64,000 nucleotides of DNA, from the NCBI GenBank assembly GCA_965220925.1, contig OZ244851.1, positions 529,192-593,191 of the forward strand. Reading direction: 5' to 3'. The notes under the pieces are model-generated. The model did no database searches and was not told where the DNA came from. It was given only the letters and a program-made list of their open reading frames with translations. This document shows, piece after piece, positions 1 to 8,588 of the stretch (the first letter of the stretch is position 1; every line of letters starts with the position of its first letter). This stretch comes from Thermodesulfobacteriota bacterium. GTDB lineage: Bacteria > Desulfobacterota_D > UBA1144 > Nemesobacterales > Nemesobacteraceae. Both the position numbers and the translations under genes were made by a program.

Positions 1-256
1 TCTTGAACCTAAACTGCGAAGCGAGAAAAACAAGCGCAGTGAGCCATGAAAAGATAAAAAGAGGTCTTAAAGTACTTCCGGCCGGCATATCGCCTTGCGA
101 AAGAAGGCTAAAAAACAAAGCGGTGTGAATGGCTACGCCCGCGACGCAGAGATAAAAACCGGTTCGTGAAATGTTTCTCTTCTGATGCCAAAGGTAGGTT
201 ACGTATAGAGCGGAGGAAAGAAAGTAAAGAGTGGAAATCAGATAAAATACCTTCAT
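1..256 (-). CDS. CcsA/HemX-family membrane protein, 5' part (runs off the window start)
   Basis: Manual translation from ATG at 256 gives MKVFYLISTLYFLSSALYVTYLWHQKRNISRTGFYLCVAGVAIHTALFF...PLFIFSWLTALVFL, open to position 1. The TM pattern with G..H and F.SW resembles the cytochrome c assembly family. Not in the ORF track. Confidence 0.5.
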   Translation of the reverse strand, partial: MKVFYLISTLYFLSSALYVTYLWHQKRNISRTGFYLCVAGVAIHTALFFSLLSQGDMPAGSTLRPLFIFSWLTALVFLASQFRFK

Positions 257-308
257 CGAAAAATATATTTTATTGCTTGGCCCGGCAAATACAAGTCAAA
301 GAAAGGTT

Positions 309-1397
309 TTAGATCTCGGAAAGATTCTTTAGATTCTCCGCCTCGAAATGCGCCGCCAGCGGTTCAAGAATGGGATCAATATCCCCTCCCATGATCGCTT
401 CGATCTTGTGTAGAGTCAAGCCTATTCTGTGATCAGTTACCCTGCCCTGGGGGAAATTATAGGTTCTTATTTTTTCGCTCCTGTCTCCACTTCCCACCTG
501 AGTTTTTCTCGTGCGCGAAATTTCGCTTTCTCGTTTTCTTCGTTCAATCTCATAAAGTTTCGCGCGCAGCATGTCCATCGCGTGAATTTTGTTTTTCTGC
601 TGAGAGCGGCCATCCTGACACTGAACGACAATCCCGGTGGGAATATGGGTTATTCTTATAGCGGAATCAGTTTTGTTTACATGCTGACCTCCGGGCCCCG
701 ATGATCTGAAGGTGTCTATCTTAAGTTCTTTCTCGTCAATTTCGATGTCCAGGTCATCGGCTTCGGGCAATACGGCGACGGTGGCCGCCGAGGTGTGGAT
801 TCTCCCTCCCGCCTCTGTCGACGGTATGCGCTGAACCCTGTGAACGCCGCTTTCATACCTTAGCTTGCCGTAAACGTTACGTCCCTTGATCTTTACCACA
901 AGCTCCTTTATCCCTCCGATTCCCGTCTCGTTCATTGTCACGGTCTCAAGTTCCCAGCGCCGACTCTCACAGTATCTTGAGTACATTCTGAGAAGATCCG
1001 CGGCGAAAAGCGCAGCCTCCTCTCCCCCGGTGCCCGCTCTTATTTCCAGAAAAATGTTTTTCCCGAAATTCGGATCTTTTGGCAAAAGCAGCACTTTTAG
1101 TTTTTCTTCAAGCTCGTCTTTCTTTTCCGAAAGAATTTTTAGTTCTTCACGCGCAAGCGACTCAAGTTCACAGTCGTCAAGCAACATGCGGTTTTCCGAA
1201 GATTCCTGAGCTACATCTTTAAGCTTAGCGTAAACGGAGACCACTTCTTCAAGCTCCGAACGCTCCTTGGAACACTTTATTCTCTGCTTCGCGGAAATAT
1301 CGGGGTCGGACAGCATGCTCTCAAGTTCGGAAAATCTTTTCTCAAGCTCTTCAAGTTTTTCAAACAGCGCGCCGTCTTCCGAGGGTTTTGTTTCCAT
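309..1397 (-). CDS. prfA: Peptide chain release factor 1
   Basis: GGQ motif ([10 protein letters not shown]), RF1-type PxT motif (RIPSTE), [11 protein letters not shown] and [14 protein letters not shown]. Confidence 0.96.
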   Translation of the reverse strand: METKPSEDGALFEKLEELEKRFSELESMLSDPDISAKQRIKCSKERSELEEVVSVYAKLKDVAQESSENRMLLDDCELESLAREELKILSEKKDELEEKLKVLLLPKDPNFGKNIFLEIRAGTGGEEAALFAADLLRMYSRYCESRRWELETVTMNETGIGGIKELVVKIKGRNVYGKLRYESGVHRVQRIPSTEAGGRIHTSAATVAVLPEADDLDIEIDEKELKIDTFRSSGPGGQHVNKTDSAIRITHIPTGIVVQCQDGRSQQKNKIHAMDMLRAKLYEIERRKRESEISRTRKTQVGSGDRSEKIRTYNFPQGRVTDHRIGLTLHKIEAIMGGDIDPILEPLAAHFEAENLKNLSEI

Positions 1398-1404
1398 GGC
1401 GGAA

Positions 1405-1457
1405 ATTATACGCATCACAGGAGATAATTTGCAATAATCTCTCCGTAGAGATAAAAT
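1405..1457. promoter_or_regulatory. Divergent sigma70 promoters sharing one palindromic -35 (TTGCAA)
   Basis: TTGCAA at 1429-1434. On +, 17-nt spacer to TAAAAT (1452-1457). On -, 18-nt spacer to TATAAT (1410-1405). Confidence 0.55.
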
Positions 1458-1466
1458 GTTTTTGTT

Positions 1467-1676
1467 ATGGAATCATTAGAAATTCTTGAGAGAAAAATAA
1501 GAGAAAATTTAGACAAAACCGCCAAAATAGCTGAAGAACGCGATAGATTGTCTGTGGAAATTAAGACACTCAGAGAGAGTATAGCCGCGCTTGAGGCCGA
1601 GAAACATCGTCTGCAAACGAGCGTCGGCAACATGATAAGAATGATTGAGCAGCATCTTGGCGAACAGTCGCAATGA
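1467..1676 (+). CDS. zapB: Cell division protein ZapB-like coiled coil
   Basis: 69-aa pure coiled coil (LEILERKI...), ATGA-coupled to zapA in the conserved zapB-zapA-ygfA-rny order. Confidence 0.65.
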   Translation: MESLEILERKIRENLDKTAKIAEERDRLSVEIKTLRESIAALEAEKHRLQTSVGNMIRMIEQHLGEQSQ

Positions 1677-2020
1677 AGCAAAGAGTACAAGTAGTTTTTT
1701 TCGGCAAGGAATATTCGATTGTTACGGATGCCGAAGAAGATTACGTAATGAAAATCGTGAACTATCTTGAACAAAAGATCAGAAACGCAACAAAAGATGA
1801 CGCGCCGATAGTCATCCCTTCTCCTCTTTTGCTCGCCTCTCTTGAGATTGCTGATGATTTCTTCGCTTTAAAGAGGAAATTTGATGAATTCAAGAAAGCA
1901 GCGGAAAGAAAAACGGAAGAATTGGCCAGCATGCTCGAATCGCCCGGAAATCGCGAAGAACCCATCCTTCTTGAAGAAAGCGCCCAAGACCCTTTCAGAT
2001 CAAGAGGGAAAAGTTACTGA
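1673..2020 (+). CDS. zapA: Cell division protein ZapA
   Basis: VQVVFFGKEYSI...EEDYVMKIVNYL...LLASLEIADDFF matches the ZapA profile; synteny supports it. Confidence 0.85.
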   Translation: MKQRVQVVFFGKEYSIVTDAEEDYVMKIVNYLEQKIRNATKDDAPIVIPSPLLLASLEIADDFFALKRKFDEFKKAAERKTEELASMLESPGNREEPILLEESAQDPFRSRGKSY

Positions 2021-2651
2021 ACCCGGTAAAAACACAGCATCCGGAGACAGTTCCCGCGATAAAGACCAGCGAAGTTCAACCCTAGAGAAAAAAGAAGAGC
2101 TGAGAAGAAAGCTTCTGGAAAAACGAAGAAGCCTTTCCGAATCCGTCCGACGGAAGAAGTCTCGCTCGATTCTCAATAAGCTTCTCTCCGAAAAAGCTTT
2201 CATCAACTCGGGTCGAGTCGCTCTTTATTTTCCGATAGACGGCGAAGTCGATACCTTGGAAATATTTAAAAAATGCATCGATCTTGAAAAGAAAGTTTTT
2301 TTGCCCAAAACGCAAGGTTCGCGACTTGTCTTCCTTAGAACGAAAAACCTGGAAGAACTTGTCTCTGGACCTTTTAACATTCCAGAACCGGCTTCGCACG
2401 TCGAACGTGCCGAGGAATTGGATTTGATATTGGTGCCGGGGATAGGCTTTGACTTTTCCGGAAACAGAATCGGATACGGAAAAGGCTTTTACGACAGATT
2501 TTTAAAAGATGTTTCCAGGCGGATTTCTTTCGCGCTCGCCTACCGTTTCCAAGTTCTAGAAAGTGTTCCGGCTTTTAAAACTGACGTAAGGGCGGGACAC
2601 ATAATCACCGAAGAAGGAATCATAGACTGCCTGGAGAATCAAGGAGACTGA
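2013..2651 (+). CDS. ygfA: 5-formyltetrahydrofolate cyclo-ligase (start uncertain: GTT 2013 or TTG 1971)
   Basis: KEELRRKLLEKR N-terminus, EVDT, DLILVPGIGFD and RIGYGKGFYDRFL motifs. Confidence 0.9.
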   Translation, partial: VTEPGKNTASGDSSRDKDQRSSTLEKKEELRRKLLEKRRSLSESVRRKKSRSILNKLLSEKAFINSGRVALYFPIDGEVDTLEIFKKCIDLEKKVFLPKTQGSRLVFLRTKNLEELVSGPFNIPEPASHVERAEELDLILVPGIGFDFSGNRIGYGKGFYDRFLKDVSRRISFALAYRFQVLESVPAFKTDVRAGHIITEEGIIDCLENQGD

Positions 2652-2652
2652 T

Positions 2653-4209
2653 ATGCAAACACAATACATACTACTGCTTTCTCTGGTTTTCGCGATTGGG
2701 TTTCTAGCCCATTTTATCTATAAGAGGCTCATGGACAAAAACAGAATGGCGAAAAGCGAGCAACAGGCTAAAACCTTAGTTGACGAAGCGGAAAAACAAG
2801 CGCAAGAAATAAAAAACAAAGCGGACAGCAAAGCGAGAAGAATTGTCAAAGACAAGAATCTGCAGATGCAGAAAATGTCCAGAGAAAAGCGCAGGGAATT
2901 CACCGCAGTTGAGAAAAAACTTGGAGAGCAAGAAAAAACCTTGACCGAAAAACATCGAAAGATTGAGAAAAAAGAGGCGGAGCTTAAAAATATGGAAGCC
3001 GAAATCAGGGAGAAAAACTCGATCATCGAAGAAAAAGACAAAACCCTCGAGGAAAACATTGAAGAAATAAAAAGAAGAATAGAAGAAGTTTCCGGTTTGA
3101 CGCGTGAAGCGGCCAAAGCGCAGCTTGTAAGTCTGATTGAAGATGAAGCGCGTCATGACGCGGCTAAGAAGCTTAAACAGATTGAAGACGAATGCGCCGT
3201 CTCGGCCGAACGGAAAGCAAGAGATATCATAGCTCTTGCCATTCAAAGATATTCCGGCAAATACACAAGCGAGAAAACCGTGTCGGTTGTAAGTCTTCCA
3301 AGCGACGACTTAAAGGGGAGAATTATCGGGAGGGAAGGGAGAAATATTCGGTCCATAGAACTTCGCACCGGTGTGGATATTATCATTGACGACACCCCGG
3401 AGACGGTTGTGATTTCATGCTTTAACCCTATCAGAAGGGAAGTCGCGAAAATTTCTCTTGAGAGACTGATAGCTGATGGAAGAATTCATCCCGCAAGAGT
3501 GGAAGAAGTGGTTGCGGAAGTTGAAAAAGAGGTTGAAAAAGAGATACAGAAAGAAGGCGAGCAGGCTATTTTCGATCTTGGAATAAGCGGAATGCATCCG
3601 GATCTCGTAAAGAACCTGGGAATGCTTAAATACAGAACAAGCTACTCGCAAAACATTCTCAATCATTCCATCGAAGTAGGATTTATCTGCGGAATGCTGG
3701 CCGCGGAAATCGGCTACGATGAAAAACTCGCGAAAAGGGCCGGGCTTCTTCACGATATAGGAAAGGCGGTAGATCACGAAATGGAAGGCTCACACGTGGA
3801 GATAGGAGCAAACATAGTTAAAAAATACGGCGAGCCTCCGGAAATAATCGACGCTCTTGAAAAAACCCACGATCCTCAGCCGCAAGGGGTTCTGCCGCTA
3901 CTGGTTCAGGCCGCCGACGCCATTTCCGCCGCGCGACCGGGAGCAAGACGCGAAACATACGAAAACTACGTGAAAAGAATAGAAAGCATAGAAGGTGTCG
4001 CGAGTTCTTTTCCGGGAGTAGAGAGATGCTACGCGATCCAAGCGGGAAGAGAGGTTAGAGTAATAGTCGAAAGCGATCAGGTAAACGACGAACAGGGAGC
4101 GCTTCTCTCGCATGAAATAGCGAAGAAAATAGAAAAAGAGGTCGTCTATCCGGGGCAGATAAAAGTTATGGTGATAAGAGAGAGCAGAGCCACCGCTTAC
4201 GCTTCGTAA
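2653..4209 (+). CDS. rny: Ribonuclease Y
   Basis: N-terminal TM, coiled coil, KH domain (KGRIIGREGRNI), HD domain (LLHDIGK) and DAISAARPGAR. Confidence 0.97.
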   Translation: MQTQYILLLSLVFAIGFLAHFIYKRLMDKNRMAKSEQQAKTLVDEAEKQAQEIKNKADSKARRIVKDKNLQMQKMSREKRREFTAVEKKLGEQEKTLTEKHRKIEKKEAELKNMEAEIREKNSIIEEKDKTLEENIEEIKRRIEEVSGLTREAAKAQLVSLIEDEARHDAAKKLKQIEDECAVSAERKARDIIALAIQRYSGKYTSEKTVSVVSLPSDDLKGRIIGREGRNIRSIELRTGVDIIIDDTPETVVISCFNPIRREVAKISLERLIADGRIHPARVEEVVAEVEKEVEKEIQKEGEQAIFDLGISGMHPDLVKNLGMLKYRTSYSQNILNHSIEVGFICGMLAAEIGYDEKLAKRAGLLHDIGKAVDHEMEGSHVEIGANIVKKYGEPPEIIDALEKTHDPQPQGVLPLLVQAADAISAARPGARRETYENYVKRIESIEGVASSFPGVERCYAIQAGREVRVIVESDQVNDEQGALLSHEIAKKIEKEVVYPGQIKVMVIRESRATAYAS

Positions 4210-4311
4210 AGTTTAGAAAACATAAAGCGGATGTCTGGGCTTTGTGGTATATTAGACCGGTATCCGGATACACTACCCCGGTAGTGAGAATTGTTCTTGC
4301 AGGAGGGAAAA

Positions 4312-4764
4312 ATGCCCGAACGAAAAAACGAGGAAGCTGAAAAAACACTCGACCGCTTCAATAAAGAAGCGCTTGATTTCATGATCGAGAACCAAAACAG
4401 AGTCGCGTGCGCAATCGTTTACGCTCTGTCTCATTTAAATCAGCCGCTCATTGCGGGATATCAGCGCTATTTTAATCAAAACGTAATACTCAAATATGAT
4501 TCAAAAGCTGTATTCGCTCATAATCCGGACCTTCCAGACTTTCTATGCGCTTATTTTATTCTGGTAAAAAATCCGGAGAAAGCCGACCGCAAAGAGATAC
4601 TTGAAGATTCCAAGATATACGTCGACAATTTCCTGGAATTTAACCTTGAAATACTCTCCGGAATATCATGTTTTATTTTTGACACGGAAAACGGCGAGAT
4701 AATTGAAAGAGTCGATCGCGGAAAAAAAGAAAGTATGGAATCCGTTAAGTTTCTAAACATCTGA
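4312..4764 (+). CDS. Hypothetical protein
   Basis: 150-aa ORF with strong SD (AGGAGG) before ATG 4312; no recognisable motif. Confidence 0.6.
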   Translation: MPERKNEEAEKTLDRFNKEALDFMIENQNRVACAIVYALSHLNQPLIAGYQRYFNQNVILKYDSKAVFAHNPDLPDFLCAYFILVKNPEKADRKEILEDSKIYVDNFLEFNLEILSGISCFIFDTENGEIIERVDRGKKESMESVKFLNI

Positions 4765-4888
4765 AGTTTCAAGAAGCAGTGTCTCAATTTCTCTAAAATT
4801 GAAAAGTACTTTTATCGCCAATAGAGCCCATATTTTCCCCGACTTCGGCGCCTTTTCGTAGAGATATAAGAAGCGTAAAGGTATGGTG

Positions 4889-5098
4889 TCACTCTTTTTT
4901 AACCAGTCCCAAGACATCAAGGATTTTAATCGCGCTTGAAAGCTGAATGTCGTCCTTTCGCCGCTCAAAGCGCGAGACTGTCGGCTGGCTTACATCCGCT
5001 ATGGCGGCCAGGCGCCGTTGGGAGATTTTCCGCTCCTTGCGCCGTCTTATCGCCTCTTCGACAAGTAATTTCCAATTGAGTCGAATATTCCGTTCCAT
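4889..5098 (-). CDS. XRE/HipB-like HTH regulator (antitoxin-like)
   Basis: RRKERKISQRRLAAIADVSQPTVSRFE is a classic XRE HTH; overlaps the 3' end of the hipA fragment. Confidence 0.85.
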   Translation of the reverse strand: MERNIRLNWKLLVEEAIRRRKERKISQRRLAAIADVSQPTVSRFERRKDDIQLSSAIKILDVLGLVKKE

Positions 5099-5532
5099 CG
5101 TTTCTCCATCTGCCGATGCAATTTATCTTTAATACTTTGATCGATATTTTTTGGAGCGTCTACGGCTCCATGAGCACTGTCGAGACATCTGGCGAAATCG
5201 GAAATCGCGAGCATAATTGCCGACTCGGGTAGTCCAAACAGGGTTCCTAGGCGGACGATGTTCTTCGGCCCGATACCGCCGATCCGCAAATTCTCCGCCC
5301 CTCCCATCCCGAGCGCGAGCGTCTGGTACGGCGGGTAGCACGCGGCGGCGAACAAGTCGTAGGAAGGCGTGAGTCGAAGCCCGCTTTCGGTGTGTTCCAT
5401 GGCGAAGTTTTTAAGATGCGCATACGTGTTTCCGGTAAGAATGCAAGCCATTACTCGGCAAAACAGGGTATCGGATTCCGCCCGCAGGCGAATGTCACTG
5501 TTTCGGTTGATAAAATCGGCCATTTGATTCAA
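5047..5532 (-). pseudogene. hipA: HipA-family kinase toxin, C-terminal fragment with catalytic Asp replaced by Tyr
   Basis: GNTYAHLKNFAM versus canonical GNxDxHxKNFS, plus LTPSYDL. Only ~160 aa; the N-lobe is missing and upstream DNA is AT-rich and non-coding. Confidence 0.75.
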
Positions 5533-5868
5533 TCCGTTTAGTCATTCAGTTCTTAGTATAAGTACTATAAAATATGTTTTATCAAAACTGGAGATTACAA
5601 TGTTATGATAAAATAAGATTAATCAAATAAATTCTGAATTGCAGCTTTTTTAAAAACGAAAATCCGCATTCCCCATGTGATAAAGAGACTTTTTTTGTCC
5701 TATGAAATTCGAGTTGCCGGTTGAAAACTTTTATTTCGTCTTCCGGAGAGACTGCAAAAGCACCGCATAAATATCCAAACTATCTAAAGAAATGCCGGCA
5801 CTTATTACCGTAGATTGGAAGCCTAAGTCTTAACTACCGTACTTACAGCGGATCCTCACCCTTGAAAC

Positions 5869-7263
5869 CTAAACATGTTTAAGCGAGTCAAGTAAAGCTT
5901 TAAGCGGTCTCTCCGCCCCAGAAAATCTATCTTTGAAAGTCCCGCCGTTTTCAAGCTTAAGTACTCCTCTGGGGCATACGGCCGAGCATACCCCACATCC
6001 AACGCATGACGCTCTCACTATGTTTTCTCCCTTCTGCGCATAAGATCTGACATCTATACCCATCTCGCAGTATGTGGAACAATTTCCACACGACATGCAC
6101 TGATCGCCATTTGTGGTAATTCTGAACCTTGAGAAATACCTTTGGAAAATCCCAAGTACAGCCGCCATCGGACAACCGAACCTACACCATACCCTTGTAC
6201 CAAACATAGGATAAAAGCCGACGCCTATAACACCCGAGAAGATAGCTCCTATGTAAAACCCGTACCATTTTTTAAGGGACATGGAAGCATTTCCAAAAAC
6301 CGCTCCTGAACTAATGGAATTTATCCAGAGAAGGATGGTTGTGACTACGATAAGCACAAGCACGGAATGCACTACCCAGCGTTCAATTCGCCAAGCTTTT
6401 TTCGATTTGTCGGAAAGCTGTCTCCAGGGGTCCCCCATAGTCTCCGCAAGCCCCCCGCACCCGCAAACCCAAGAGCAATACCACCTTTTACCGAAATAGT
6501 AAGTAAGCAGCGGAGTGGCGATAAAAGACATCACGGCACCCCAGAAAATAAGAAACACTCCCAGACCGCCCGGATGATTCACGAAATAACTGAAAGTGCC
6601 TGGGAAAAGATAATCGTATTTAAGAGGCCAGAAATAGCTAAGGTAGAACTCAGGCTGATTGAACAGCTTCAAAATATTCGGAATAAGGAAAGCGAATCCC
6701 AGCTGAAAAATCATTACCGACGCGGTTCTAATTTTCTGGTAGCTGTTATCCCTGTACTTCATGAACATCCTGGCTCCAAAGATGAAGACCGCGATTGTGT
6801 AGAGAAAACCGTAGAAAAACCAGTTGTCGGCCTGAGAACCGGAAAGCGCCATCGAAAGAGGATTTACTATCTTTATTCCACCCTCAAGATATTCCGGAAA
6901 CCAGTAGAGAGCTATGTAGAAACCGGTGAAAACGACGCCGATAAGCCAAGCGAGCGCTCCGCGGGAAGTTATCCCCCTAAAGTAAATGTTGTCATGCTTA
7001 ATTCCCGGTATCGTACCTTTGAAGTTAAGGTAGAAATAAAAAATCGTACCGAGACAAATCGGAAGAAAAGCCAACAAAAATCCGGTCCAAGTTCCCGAAA
7101 AAGACATCCCCAAGGACTGAAGAGCGAACATAAGTATTCCGAATCCCAAAATAGCCAGAGAGAGCTTTTCTCCCACGCCAAGCTGCGTGTCCCGGACTTT
7201 TTCCGGTTCCTCGAAACCCAAAGACTCCTCGTCAAAATCGTAAGTTATAGCGTCTTTTTCCAT
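5869..7263 (-). CDS. Membrane-bound 4Fe-4S binding protein (NapH/MauN-like polyferredoxin)
   Basis: Many TM helices, CxxxCxC and CxxxCP motifs (YCSWVCGCG, WCRFGCP) and two CxxCxxCxxxC motifs at the C-terminus. Confidence 0.85.
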   Translation of the reverse strand: MEKDAITYDFDEESLGFEEPEKVRDTQLGVGEKLSLAILGFGILMFALQSLGMSFSGTWTGFLLAFLPICLGTIFYFYLNFKGTIPGIKHDNIYFRGITSRGALAWLIGVVFTGFYIALYWFPEYLEGGIKIVNPLSMALSGSQADNWFFYGFLYTIAVFIFGARMFMKYRDNSYQKIRTASVMIFQLGFAFLIPNILKLFNQPEFYLSYFWPLKYDYLFPGTFSYFVNHPGGLGVFLIFWGAVMSFIATPLLTYYFGKRWYCSWVCGCGGLAETMGDPWRQLSDKSKKAWRIERWVVHSVLVLIVVTTILLWINSISSGAVFGNASMSLKKWYGFYIGAIFSGVIGVGFYPMFGTRVWCRFGCPMAAVLGIFQRYFSRFRITTNGDQCMSCGNCSTYCEMGIDVRSYAQKGENIVRASCVGCGVCSAVCPRGVLKLENGGTFKDRFSGAERPLKALLDSLKHV

Positions 7264-8537
7264 CAAGCTACCCGCGTCCTTATCTCGGCGGTTATTTCCT
7301 TTTCGAACTTCTCGTAAAATTCGGGGTCGAAATTGGCCTTGTCCAAATTATTGAGTACGTAGTCGATAGATTTTTCTTCCGCGATCCAACTTTCGCAAAC
7401 TTCGTGACTGTAACGAAGCCCCATTACGTTTATTCCGCAAACAACCCCTCCCTTTGTAACTATTCTTACGGAATGCTTTCGATCGGAATGCTCCCAGTAA
7501 AAATGATTTTCCGCTTCCCCGGGAACGCTGTTTACAGTACCGTAAGTCTGATATTCAAGATCAAAAAACTTGGCGGAGTTATACCATATACCCGGATCAT
7601 ATACGCTTCGCTCGCCGGCTATGGATTCCCCGGCCGCCCTTCCCTGCATTTTCCCCGTATACCAAACCTGCTGAATCAGAGGGTTCTCAAGACCTTCCAT
7701 AACTATCTCCGCGCAGTCCCCCGCGGCGAACACATCCGCGGCGGCGGTTTTGAAGCTTGAGTCAACCAGAATTCCCTTCCCCGTCTTTATGCCGCTTTGC
7801 TCGGCAAGGGCGGTATTGGGACTTACCCCCGCCGTAAGTCCCACGAGTTGGGCTTCGATAAATTCTCCTTCCCCAGTCATAACTCCCCGCGCCCTTCCAG
7901 AATCATCTCCCAGTATCTCTTTAAGTTCCGTAGAGAGCCTGAGGTCAATACCCTGTTCGACTATCACGCGGTTTATCATTTGAGATTCCTCAATCGGCAA
8001 AACATTTCTCCAGTAAGAGTCCTCTCTTACTAAAAAGACGACGTGGATATTGCGCGAGTGAAGCATCTCGGCAAGTTCAATCCCTATCAGCCCTCCTCCG
8101 ACGATAACGGCATTCCGAGCGCCTTTTACGTTTTCGTAAAGAAGTCTCAGGTCCATCAAACTATAAAAACCCTGCACTCCCCTGAGGTTCTGACCCGGCC
8201 ATCCGAATCTGTTGGGCTTTGATCCCGTGGCCAGAAGCAATTTGTCAAACGAGATGGGATCTTTTTGGTGAACGGTAAGTTTTTTCGCTCGAGTATCGAT
8301 TTCCGTAACCCAGCCTCTTACCAGGTCAATACGGTTTTTGCTCCAGAAATCATCTTCGTAGGGCTTGGTGTCCTTATAGCTCATGTGCCCCATGAATATG
8401 TACATGAGCGCGGGTCGGGAGTAGTGAAAGGAGGATTCTCCCGAGATCATTATAATTTCCCAATCGGGCTGTAGCTTGCGGATTTGAAGGGCCGCCGAGA
8501 CCCCGGTTACCCCGTTTCCAATAATCGCTACGCGCAC
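7263..8537 (-). CDS. NAD(P)/FAD-dependent oxidoreductase (pyridine nucleotide-disulfide family)
   Basis: GNGVTG, LATGS, GGGLIGIE and VFAAGDC motifs; stop overlaps the start of the polyferredoxin gene. Confidence 0.88.
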   Translation of the reverse strand: MRVAIIGNGVTGVSAALQIRKLQPDWEIIMISGESSFHYSRPALMYIFMGHMSYKDTKPYEDDFWSKNRIDLVRGWVTEIDTRAKKLTVHQKDPISFDKLLLATGSKPNRFGWPGQNLRGVQGFYSLMDLRLLYENVKGARNAVIVGGGLIGIELAEMLHSRNIHVVFLVREDSYWRNVLPIEESQMINRVIVEQGIDLRLSTELKEILGDDSGRARGVMTGEGEFIEAQLVGLTAGVSPNTALAEQSGIKTGKGILVDSSFKTAAADVFAAGDCAEIVMEGLENPLIQQVWYTGKMQGRAAGESIAGERSVYDPGIWYNSAKFFDLEYQTYGTVNSVPGEAENHFYWEHSDRKHSVRIVTKGGVVCGINVMGLRYSHEVCESWIAEEKSIDYVLNNLDKANFDPEFYEKFEKEITAEIRTRVA

Positions 8538-8588
8538 TGCAATTTCCCTTGAATAAAGTAAGTCTCTTGTTCTACTTTCGGGAATATT

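Noticed and set aside
5533-5868. AT-rich gap as IS remnant or origin
   Set aside because: No terminal inverted repeats, transposase fragment or DnaA-box cluster recognised.
6367-7317. 316-aa plus-strand ORF
   Set aside because: Antisense shadow of the polyferredoxin gene; no motifs.
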